This document shows, in pieces, positions 45,554-54,634 of a stretch of 54,634 bases of DNA (position 1 is the stretch's first letter; the number at the start of each line of letters is the position of its first letter). Both the position numbers and the translations under genes were made by a program. Source of the DNA: an uncultured Victivallales bacterium (GTDB taxonomy: Bacteria > Verrucomicrobiota > Kiritimatiellia > UBA8416 > JAIOPI01); the NCBI GenBank assembly GCA_964635825.1, contig CAZWQJ010000008.1:1-54634 (forward strand). The letters are read 5' to 3'. Under the pieces are notes generated by a model. The model was not told the origin of the DNA and searched no databases. It was given only the letters and a program-made list of their open reading frames with translations.

Positions 45554-46207
45554 TTAGCGTCTCCCCCTGCCCGCCTTCACGGGCTCCTCACGGTTCTTGC
45601 AGATCCACACCTTCACCCCGACCAACCCGGCCGTCGTGTGCGCCTCCGCAAACCCGTACTCAATGTTCGCACGCAGCGTGTGCAGCGGGATCCGGCCTTC
45701 TTTGTACCATTCCACCCGCGCCAGCTCCGCACCACCCAAACGCCCGCAGGCCCGTATCTTGATCCCGTCCACGCCCATGTCCATCGCCACCCGGATCGCC
45801 CGCTTCATCGCCCGGCGAAACGAGACCCGACGCTCCAACTGCGTGGTGATGTTCTCCGCCACCAGCTGCGCATTCGTGTCCGGGTTCTTCACCTCGTGGA
45901 TCTCGATGTAGATCTCTTTGCCCGTCATCTTCGTCAGTTCGCCACGGATGCGTTCGATGTCCTGGCCCTTACGGCCGATAATCACGCCCGGTCGCGCACT
46001 GCTGATGTTCACACGCACGCGGTTGGCATAGCGCTCAATCACGATCTCGGAGATCGCCGCATTCTCCAGCGCCTTCTTCACGCGATCCCGAATCTCGAGA
46101 TCCTCCACGAGGGTGTTCCCGAAATCCGCTTTCCCGCAGAACCAGCGCGAACGCCAGTTCTTGTTCACCACCACGCGAAAGCCGATTGGATTGACTTTCT
46201 GGCCCAA
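45554..46207 (-). CDS. rpsC: 30S ribosomal protein S3
   Basis: MGQKVNPIGFR......W.S.WF; KH domain; ...GRLGGAE.AR.EWY.EGR.PLHTLRA.I.Y. Confidence 0.95.
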   Translation of the reverse strand: MGQKVNPIGFRVVVNKNWRSRWFCGKADFGNTLVEDLEIRDRVKKALENAAISEIVIERYANRVRVNISSARPGVIIGRKGQDIERIRGELTKMTGKEIYIEIHEVKNPDTNAQLVAENITTQLERRVSFRRAMKRAIRVAMDMGVDGIKIRACGRLGGAELARVEWYKEGRIPLHTLRANIEYGFAEAHTTAGLVGVKVWICKNREEPVKAGRGRR

Positions 46208-46243
46208 AGTACGCTCCTCTCCGATCCGTTGTCCGGCACTCCA

Positions 46244-46606
46244 CTACGCTTGCGCGGCCGTCGATTCCGCCGACCGACCGTCAGTCAGCACGATCCGCAC
46301 GTGACACAACCGCTTCATGATGGGACTCGCACTGCCCCGCGCACGCGGCCACGAACGCCGCATCCGCGGCCCCTCGTCCACGACCGCTTCCTTCACCCGC
46401 AGCGTGTCCACACTGAGATCCGCATTGTTCATCGCGTTCGCCACCGCCGACTTCAGGGTCTTCCCCAAGTACGCGGCCGCCTTCATCTTGCTGAACTGCG
46501 TCATCGCCAGCGCTTCCGCCACCGGCAACCCCTGCAGCCGTCGCGCGAGCGGACGCGCCTTACTGGCCGCCATCCGCTGAAATTTCGATCGAGCAACAAC
46601 GTCCAT
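46244..46606 (-). CDS. rplV: 50S ribosomal protein L22
   Basis: SKARP.AR...G..V.EAL....FS..KAA......L.SA.ANA. Confidence 0.93.
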   Translation of the reverse strand: MDVVARSKFQRMAASKARPLARRLQGLPVAEALAMTQFSKMKAAAYLGKTLKSAVANAMNNADLSVDTLRVKEAVVDEGPRMRRSWPRARGSASPIMKRLCHVRIVLTDGRSAESTAAQA

Positions 46607-46621
46607 AGCTTTCGATCCCGA

Positions 46622-46906
46622 TTACTTCAAAACCTTGGCCTTGTCCGTGGCCACGCCGTGCCGGCGGAAGGTCCGCGTCGGCGCGAACTCCCCAAGCCGG
46701 TGCCCCACCATGTTCTCTGTGATGAAGATCGAAATGTGCTGCTTCCCGTTGTGGATCCCCATCGTGTGCCCCACGAAATCCGGGATGATCATCGAGCTGC
46801 GCGCCCACGTCTTGATCGGGCGCTTCTCGCCGGAACGGTTCATCCGCTCCACCTTCTTCATCAGCTTCGCGTCGACATACGGACCCTTTTTAATGGATCG
46901 GGACAT
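46622..46906 (-). CDS. rpsS: 30S ribosomal protein S19
   Basis: [16 protein letters not shown]........PIKTW.R.S.I.P.FVGHT..IHNG..... Confidence 0.95.
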   Translation of the reverse strand: MSRSIKKGPYVDAKLMKKVERMNRSGEKRPIKTWARSSMIIPDFVGHTMGIHNGKQHISIFITENMVGHRLGEFAPTRTFRRHGVATDKAKVLK

Positions 46907-46909
46907 GGG

Positions 46910-47734
46910 CTACTTTCTCCGCTTCACAATGAACCGGCTCGTCGGGTTGCGCTTACCCCTCGTCTTGCCGCCCTTCGAGAGCTTCGACCACGGCGACACC
47001 GGGTGACCACCGCCGGACGTGCGGCCTTCGCCGCCGCCCATCGGATGATCCACCGGGTTCATGGCCACGCCGCGTACCGTCGGGCGAATGCCCAGCCAGC
47101 GCTTCCGCCCGGCTTTCCCGTACGACACGCTCCCGTGGTCGGCGTTGCCTACCTGGCCGATGGTCGCCATGCAGCGCACATCCAGCAGGCGTATCTCTCC
47201 GGACGGCAGCTTGACTTGCGCGAACCCGCCCTCGCGCGACATCAGCTGTGCGCCCAACCCCGCGCCGCGCACCAACTGCGCACCGCGACCTGGCTGCAAT
47301 TCAATGTTGTGGATCTCCACCCCGATCGGCACCCGCTCCAGCGGCAACGAGTTGCCCAGCAACGGCTCCACCTCACGACCGGCCACAATCTCCGCCCCCA
47401 CCGCCAGGCCCGCCGGCGCCAAGATGTAGCGCCGCTCCCCGTCCCGGTAGTTCAGCAACGCAATGTTCGCCGACCGGTTCGGATCGTACTCGACCGAGGC
47501 CACCTTGGCCGGAATGTCGAGCTTGTCCCGCCGGAAGTCGATGACCCGCAGCCGGCGCTTGTGCCCGCCGCCGCGATGGCGCGTCGAGATGTGCCCCTTC
47601 GCCCCGCGCCCACCCTGGCGCTTCTTCTGCTCCGTCAACGCGCGCAGCGGCTTCGATCGCGTCAGCTCCTCGAACGTCGATACGCTCGCGCCGCGTCGCC
47701 CCGCCGTTGTCGGCTTGTGTTTCTTGATCCCCAT
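46910..47734 (-). CDS. rplB: 50S ribosomal protein L2
   Basis: GRR......FEE.T; ...GG.GHKR.YR.IDF.R; ...[16 protein letters not shown]. Confidence 0.95.
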   Translation of the reverse strand: MGIKKHKPTTAGRRGASVSTFEELTRSKPLRALTEQKKRQGGRGAKGHISTRHRGGGHKRRLRVIDFRRDKLDIPAKVASVEYDPNRSANIALLNYRDGERRYILAPAGLAVGAEIVAGREVEPLLGNSLPLERVPIGVEIHNIELQPGRGAQLVRGAGLGAQLMSREGGFAQVKLPSGEIRLLDVRCMATIGQVGNADHGSVSYGKAGRKRWLGIRPTVRGVAMNPVDHPMGGGEGRTSGGGHPVSPWSKLSKGGKTRGKRNPTSRFIVKRRK

Positions 47735-47758
47735 GGTCGCGCCCTTCGCTCTCCAACC

Positions 47759-48043
47759 TTACGTCAAATCGATCGTCTGCCCCGCCTGCAACGTCACCAC
47801 CGCACGCTTCCAGTCCGACTTCTTGCCAAACTGCGGCGTGCGCTCGCGGCGGTTCTTCCCCAGGTAGCGCATCGTGTTCACCCGCGCCACCTTCACCTTG
47901 TACAGAGTCTCCACCGCACGCTTGATGTCCATCTTGTTCGCGGTCGGTGCCACTTCAAAGAAGAACTTGTTCTGCGTCTCCGACAGAGCCGTCCCCTTCT
48001 CCGTCACCTGGATCCGCCGGATAATCAATGACTGGTGCTTCAT
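47759..48043 (-). CDS. rplW: 50S ribosomal protein L23
   Basis: 94 aa. ...TEKGT....QNKF.FEV...ANK..IK.AVE.LY.VKV..VNT. Confidence 0.93.
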   Translation of the reverse strand: MKHQSLIIRRIQVTEKGTALSETQNKFFFEVAPTANKMDIKRAVETLYKVKVARVNTMRYLGKNRRERTPQFGKKSDWKRAVVTLQAGQTIDLT

Positions 48044-48687
48044 GCCGCCCCCTTCACACCCGCCGCCAGGCGCTGCTCCAGCACCGCCATCGCCGCCTTG
48101 GTCGCCACCACCGTCGGGTAACGCACCACGTGGTACACGTGCACATCCTGCGCCCGCATCATCTCAATACCCGGGATGTTGCGCGACGCCAGAACCGCCT
48201 TCGCGTCCGGCTGGTCCACCAGGATCAGCGCCGGCGCCTTCACCCCCAGCGCCTTCAGCAGGGCCGCAAACGCACGCGTCTTGCCCGCCTCCATCGCCAG
48301 ACCATCCACCACCTTCCAGCCACCGTCTTCCACCCGCGCACCCACCGCGCGGCGCAACGCCAGCTGGCCCACCTTCTTGTTCACCTTGACATTGTACGCG
48401 CGCGGATGCGGACCAAAGGCCACGCCACCACCACGCCACACCGGCGACTGCCGATGGCCGGCGCGCGCACGCCCCGTACCCTTCTGGCGCCAAGGCTTCT
48501 TGTTGCTGCCCGCCACCTCGCCCTTGCGCTTCGTCGAGGCCGACCCCGCACGCTGCGCCGCCAGGTACGCCAGCACCGCGTCATGCACCGCCTTGTCCCC
48601 GCGATCGAGAACCAGCAGCCCATCGGCCAGCGTCAACTCGCCAACCGCCGCGCCCTTCGTGTCCATTACCTTCAGCTTGCTCATCAC
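48040..48687 (-). CDS. rplD: 50S ribosomal protein L4
   Basis: ...HDAVLAYLA.QR.G.ASTK.KGEV.GS.KKPWRQKGTGRAR.G...SP.W.GGGV.FGP. Confidence 0.95.
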   Translation of the reverse strand: MMSKLKVMDTKGAAVGELTLADGLLVLDRGDKAVHDAVLAYLAAQRAGSASTKRKGEVAGSNKKPWRQKGTGRARAGHRQSPVWRGGGVAFGPHPRAYNVKVNKKVGQLALRRAVGARVEDGGWKVVDGLAMEAGKTRAFAALLKALGVKAPALILVDQPDAKAVLASRNIPGIEMMRAQDVHVYHVVRYPTVVATKAAMAVLEQRLAAGVKGAA

Positions 48688-49322
48688 GCCTTCCCGGTCT
48701 TCTTCAGAGCCTTGCGAATCAGGATCACGTTGCCCACCGGCCCTGGCACCGAGCCTTCAACCAGCAACAGGTTCCGCTCCACGTCCACGCGCACCACCCG
48801 CAGGTTTTGCGTCGTCACCCGCACGTGCCCCATGTGTCCCGGCATCCGGTGACCCTTCGCCACCTTCGACGGCCACGTCCGCTGCCCGATCGCGCCGATT
48901 CGACGATGAGACGTGCTGCCGTGCGCCATCGGTCCGCCCGCCATCTTGTGGCGCCGTACCACGCCCTGAAAGCCGCGACCCTTGCTGGTGCCCACCACAT
49001 CCACGTGCGTCACCTTCTCAAACATCGCCGCCGTCACCGCGTCGCCCGCTTTAGCCTCTTCCCCAGTGTCCAGCGCCATCTCACGCAATACGCGTTGACC
49101 GCCCACACCGGCCTTCTTCAGGTGCCCGACCACGCCCTTCGCCAGCCGCTGCTCCTTCTGCTCGCCAAACCCGATCTGCACCGCGCGATAGCCATCCACC
49201 GCATCGGTCTTGCTCTGGGTCACGACGCAGGGCCCCGCCTGCAGCACCGTCACGGACACCCGGTGTCCGTTGCTGTCGTACACCTGGGTCATCCCCAGTT
49301 TCTTTCCAATCAGCCCTTGCAT
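48684..49322 (-). CDS. rplC: 50S ribosomal protein L3
   Basis: MQGLIGKKLGMTQV.D..G....VTVL.AGPC.V.Q.KT...DGY.AVQ.GF. Confidence 0.95.
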   Translation of the reverse strand: MQGLIGKKLGMTQVYDSNGHRVSVTVLQAGPCVVTQSKTDAVDGYRAVQIGFGEQKEQRLAKGVVGHLKKAGVGGQRVLREMALDTGEEAKAGDAVTAAMFEKVTHVDVVGTSKGRGFQGVVRRHKMAGGPMAHGSTSHRRIGAIGQRTWPSKVAKGHRMPGHMGHVRVTTQNLRVVRVDVERNLLLVEGSVPGPVGNVILIRKALKKTGKA

Positions 49323-49330
49323 GTGTCCAC

Positions 49331-49639
49331 TCAGATCTTGATTGTGATGTCCACCCCGGCGGGCAGATTCAGTTTTTTCAGTTCATCCACCGTTTTCGCG
49401 GTCGGTTCCACAATGTCCAAAAGACGCTTGTGGGTGCGGATTTCAAACTGGTCCATTGACTTCTTGTCCGCATGCGGGCTCCGGTTGACCGTGTACCGCT
49501 CGATGCGCGTCGGCAACGGCGTCGGCCCCACCACTTGGGCCCCCGTCCCCTTCGCGGTCTCGATGATCCCGGCGACGGCCTGATCCAGCACACTGTGGTC
49601 GTACGCCTGCAACCGAATTCTTATACGTTGTCCATCCAT
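49331..49639 (-). CDS. rpsJ: 30S ribosomal protein S10
   Basis: QRIRIRL.AYDH..LD.....I.ETA..TGA.V.GP.PLPT......V.RSPH..KKS..QFE.RTHKRL.DI. Confidence 0.95.
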   Translation of the reverse strand: MDGQRIRIRLQAYDHSVLDQAVAGIIETAKGTGAQVVGPTPLPTRIERYTVNRSPHADKKSMDQFEIRTHKRLLDIVEPTAKTVDELKKLNLPAGVDITIKI

Positions 49640-49646
49640 CGTAGGC

Positions 49647-51776
49647 TCACTTCGTCAGTAAGTATTCCCGCACTCCCCGAGGCACGATATCGAAGGCTTC
49701 GGGTTCAAGCGTGTAACTCGCACGTCCCCGCGTCAGAGATCGAACTGCCGTCGAGTATCCGAACAGTTCGGCCAACGGAGCGCGCGCGCGGATGAACTGC
49801 ATCTCGCCTCGCGCTTCGATGTCCTTGACTCGGCCTCGGCGCCCATTCAGGTCGCCCATGACATCTCCCATGAACTCCGACGGTGTCACGATCTCCAGTG
49901 CCATGATGGGCTCCAGGAACTCGGGCTTCCCGGCCAGCACGGCTTCCCGCAGCGCCATGAGGGCCGCCGTTCGAAAGGCGACCTCCGTGGACACATCCGG
50001 GATGTACTGCCCGCCGTGCACCATCACCTGCACATCCGTCACCGGGTAGCGCGCCAACACGCCCGTCATCAGCGCGTCGCTCACGCCCTCCCGCAGCGCT
50101 TCATGGAATATGTCCGGAATCTGTTCCCCGCGAATCTTGACGTCCACCTGATTGCCCGTGCCGCGCGCCCGCGGTTCCAGGCTCAGCGATACCGTCGCCA
50201 TTTGCCGGTGCCCGCCGATCTCCCGATCGAACGTGCTCGTCGCTCCAGCCGCCTCCGTGGCCGTCTCGTAATACGCCACCATCGGCTTGCCCGTGTTCGC
50301 CTGCACCCCGTGCTCGCGAACCATCCGGTCTTTTAGAATTTCCAAGTGCAACTCGCCCATCCCACTCATGATCGTCTGGCCCGTCTCCGGGTCCCGACGT
50401 ATCACGCACGTCGGATCCTCCGCGTGCATCGCTGCCAGCGCATCCTCAAGCTTGTCGCGGTCCGCCCGCGCTTTCGGCTCCACCGCCATGAAGATCACCG
50501 GCTCCGGGAACGGAATCCGCATCAGTTCCACCGGCTGGTTCTCCGCGCACAGCGTGTCGCCCGTCGTCAAATCCTTCAGCCCCGTCACCGCCCCGATCTC
50601 GCCCGCCATCAGCGCGTCCACTTCCGTGCGGCTGTCCGCCTGAAGTCGCACCAACCCGGGCAAGCGCGTCCGTTTACGAGTCCGCGGATTGTATACGTTG
50701 CTGCCCTTGCGCACCACACCAGAATACACCCGGATGAAAACAAGTCGTCCAACGTAAGGATCCGTCGCCACTTTGAAGGCCAGCGACGCCATCGGCGCCT
50801 CATCATCCGCCGGCCGCTCCACCGTCTCGCCCGTCTTCGGATGCGTGCCCGTGGTCACCGCCACATCCAGCGGCGAGGGCAGGTAATCGATCACCGCATC
50901 CAGCAGCGGCTGCACGCCCTTCTTGCGCAACGAGGAACCCACCAGCACCGGCACCACCTTCGCCGCCACCGTCGCCCGCCGGATCCCCTCGCGCAAGACG
51001 TCCGCCGCCACGTCCGATTCTTTCAGGTACGCTTCCAGAACCGTCTCGTCCTGCTCCGCAATCTGCTCAATCATCTGCGCGCGGGCCTTCTCGGCCTCCG
51101 CCGCCATCTCCGCCGGAACCGGCAGCACCGTGATCGCACCGCCGTTGGCCTCGTCAAACTCCAAGGCCCTCATCTGCAACAGGTCAATCACCCCGCGGAA
51201 GCTGTCCTCACACCCAATCGGGATCTGAAGACACACCGCATTCGAGCCCAGCCGCTTGCGGATCTGACCCACCACGTTGTCAAAATCCGCACCCAACCGG
51301 TCCATCTTGTTGACAAACGCCAGGCGCGGCACCCCGTACCGGTCCGCCTGCCGCCACACCGTCTCCGACTGCGGCTGCACCCCACCAACCCCGCAGAACA
51401 CCCCGATCGCCCCATCCAACACCCGCAGCGAACGCTCCACTTCAATCGTGAAGTCCACATGCCCGGGCGTGTCGATAATGTTGACCTGGTGCTCACGCCA
51501 CGCACACGTGATCGCCGCGCTCTGGATCGTAATCCCCCGCTCGCGCTCCTGCTCCATCCAGTCCGTCACCGTCGTGCCGTCGTCCACTTCGCCCATGCGG
51601 TGGGTCAGCCCCGTGTAGAACAGCATCCGCTCCGTCGTCGTCGTCTTGCCCGCATCAATGTGGGCGACGATGCCGATGTTGCGAACGCGAGACAGACGCG
51701 TCGCGCCGGCCGGGGCGGATGCACCCCGACTGCCCGACGCTTGTCCTGTCTTCTGCTGTTCCAAGATCGTGACCAT
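49647..51776 (-). CDS. fusA: Elongation factor G
   Basis: 709 aa. [25 protein letters not shown]; [13 protein letters not shown]; [12 protein letters not shown]; FVNKMDR. Confidence 0.97.
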   Translation of the reverse strand: MVTILEQQKTGQASGSRGASAPAGATRLSRVRNIGIVAHIDAGKTTTTERMLFYTGLTHRMGEVDDGTTVTDWMEQERERGITIQSAAITCAWREHQVNIIDTPGHVDFTIEVERSLRVLDGAIGVFCGVGGVQPQSETVWRQADRYGVPRLAFVNKMDRLGADFDNVVGQIRKRLGSNAVCLQIPIGCEDSFRGVIDLLQMRALEFDEANGGAITVLPVPAEMAAEAEKARAQMIEQIAEQDETVLEAYLKESDVAADVLREGIRRATVAAKVVPVLVGSSLRKKGVQPLLDAVIDYLPSPLDVAVTTGTHPKTGETVERPADDEAPMASLAFKVATDPYVGRLVFIRVYSGVVRKGSNVYNPRTRKRTRLPGLVRLQADSRTEVDALMAGEIGAVTGLKDLTTGDTLCAENQPVELMRIPFPEPVIFMAVEPKARADRDKLEDALAAMHAEDPTCVIRRDPETGQTIMSGMGELHLEILKDRMVREHGVQANTGKPMVAYYETATEAAGATSTFDREIGGHRQMATVSLSLEPRARGTGNQVDVKIRGEQIPDIFHEALREGVSDALMTGVLARYPVTDVQVMVHGGQYIPDVSTEVAFRTAALMALREAVLAGKPEFLEPIMALEIVTPSEFMGDVMGDLNGRRGRVKDIEARGEMQFIRARAPLAELFGYSTAVRSLTRGRASYTLEPEAFDIVPRGVREYLLTK

Positions 51777-51805
51777 CTGTGTTGTCGTGTGTTCGAAAAC
51801 CGCGC

Positions 51806-52276
51806 CTACCAGGCGTAATGCGCGAACGCTTTGTTGGCCTGCGCCATCTTGTGCGTATCCTCGCGCTTGCGGATCGCATTGCCCTGATTCTTGTAGGCTT
51901 CCATCAATTCCAACGCCAGCGCTTCCCGCATCGGAACGCCCTTGCGCTGCGACGAGAACGACACCAGCCAGCGCAGCGCCAACGCCATCTGCCGCTCGCG
52001 CCCCACTTCCACCGGCACCTGGTAGGTCGCCCCACCCACGCGCCGTGACCGCACTTCCACCCGCGGCTTCACGTTGTCGATCGCCTTGTTCAGCACCGAC
52101 AGGGGATCTTCCTCCACCTGCCCACGAATGCTCTCAATCGCGCCGTACACAATGCCTTCCGCTACGCTGCGCTTGCCGGAACGCATAATGTACGTCACGA
52201 GTCGCGCCACCAGCTCGCTCTCGAACTTGGCATCGACTGAAGTCCTGCGCTTGATCACTCTGCGACGTCTGGACAT
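51806..52276 (-). CDS. rpsG: 30S ribosomal protein S7
   Basis: MSRRR.......DAKF.S.LV.R....IM..GKRSVAE.IVY.A... Confidence 0.95.
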   Translation of the reverse strand: MSRRRRVIKRRTSVDAKFESELVARLVTYIMRSGKRSVAEGIVYGAIESIRGQVEEDPLSVLNKAIDNVKPRVEVRSRRVGGATYQVPVEVGRERQMALALRWLVSFSSQRKGVPMREALALELMEAYKNQGNAIRKREDTHKMAQANKAFAHYAW

Positions 52277-52288
52277 GACAATCTCCGC

Positions 52289-52666
52289 TTACTTCTGCTC
52301 GGGGCGTTTGGCGCCGTACTTCGAGCGACCGCGACGACGACCATCCACAGCTAGACTGTCGAGCGCGCCACGCACAATGTGGTAACGTACACCCGGCAGA
52401 TCCGCCACCCGCCCGCCGCGCACCAGCACCACGCTGTGCTCCTGCAGGTTGTGACCGACACCCGGAATGTAGGCCGTCACTTCATAGCCCGTGGTGAGAC
52501 GCACGCGCGCCACCTTCCGCAACGCCGAGTTCGGCTTCTTCGGAGTCTGTGTCTTCACCGTCAGACACACCCCGCGACGCTGCGGACAGTTCTTCAGCGC
52601 CGGCGACTTCGTCTTGCGCCGCAGCGGCTGTCGCCCTTTTCTCACCAGTTGATTGATCGTCGGCAT
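52289..52666 (-). CDS. rpsL: 30S ribosomal protein S12 (Ala at position 88)
   Basis: [12 protein letters not shown]...[57 protein letters not shown]. Codon 88 is GCG (52403-52405). Confidence 0.95.
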   Translation of the reverse strand: MPTINQLVRKGRQPLRRKTKSPALKNCPQRRGVCLTVKTQTPKKPNSALRKVARVRLTTGYEVTAYIPGVGHNLQEHSVVLVRGGRVADLPGVRYHIVRGALDSLAVDGRRRGRSKYGAKRPEQK

Positions 52667-52733
52667 TCGTTATTCCTCGTACTGTTCGACAAAGGGTCGG
52701 ATGCTAGCAGAACCCCAGGCCATCTGACAATGC

Positions 52734-54634
<1,901 letters not shown>

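Noticed and set aside
45146-48031. 961-aa plus-strand ORF, plus 35982-37256(+), 38900-40072(+), 50346-51818(+) and others across the ribosomal cluster.
   Set aside because: They are antisense to unmistakable ribosomal protein, secY and fusA genes, and are extremely Arg/His/Pro/Leu-rich. I judge them not coding.

Overview
This is a high-GC chromosomal segment (by eye about 60-65% GC, not computed). The gene content points to the PVC superphylum (Verrucomicrobiota/Planctomycetota-like). That placement is an inference from four things: a DUF1800-DUF1501 gene pair, a Planctomycete-type cytochrome c domain, giant LTD/CotH secreted proteins, and a Chlamydia-like ribosomal cluster lacking tuf, rpmD, infA and rpsD.

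Layout:
(1) 1-3660, minus strand: a kaiC-kaiB-kaiB-PAS histidine kinase operon with no kaiA.
(2) 4.0-11.9 kb: housekeeping genes (hisG, a tiny bS22-like ORF absent from the ORF track, a TPR lipoprotein, a GT4 glycosyltransferase, thiL, a secreted cyclophilin, tsaE, a GH20 hexosaminidase).
(3) 12-33.6 kb: an accessory-looking block of secreted and envelope proteins. It holds a PQQ-type sugar dehydrogenase/cytochrome c fusion, an EEP nuclease/phosphatase, eda, DUF1501/DUF1800, a 1442-aa beta-helix/PKD protein, a ~2436-aa LTD/CotH/Calx-beta protein and an O-antigen-ligase-like membrane protein. GC-rich palindromic intergenic elements and a 12-bp tandem repeat are interspersed.
(4) 33.8-54.6 kb, minus strand: the str-S10-spc-alpha ribosomal supercluster (rpoC fragment to rplQ), followed downstream by an orphan pilC/gspF-like gene.

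I recognised no tRNA, rRNA, CRISPR array, transposase or integrase. Most long ORFs in the track that run antisense to these genes are high-GC artefacts.

Most noteworthy:
- the KaiA-less Kai module, with a coiled-coil-extended KaiC and duplicated KaiB;
- a C-terminal module shared by three secreted proteins;
- an inverted REP-like element at 14.63-14.91 kb;
- RpsL carrying Ala at the streptomycin-resistance position 88.
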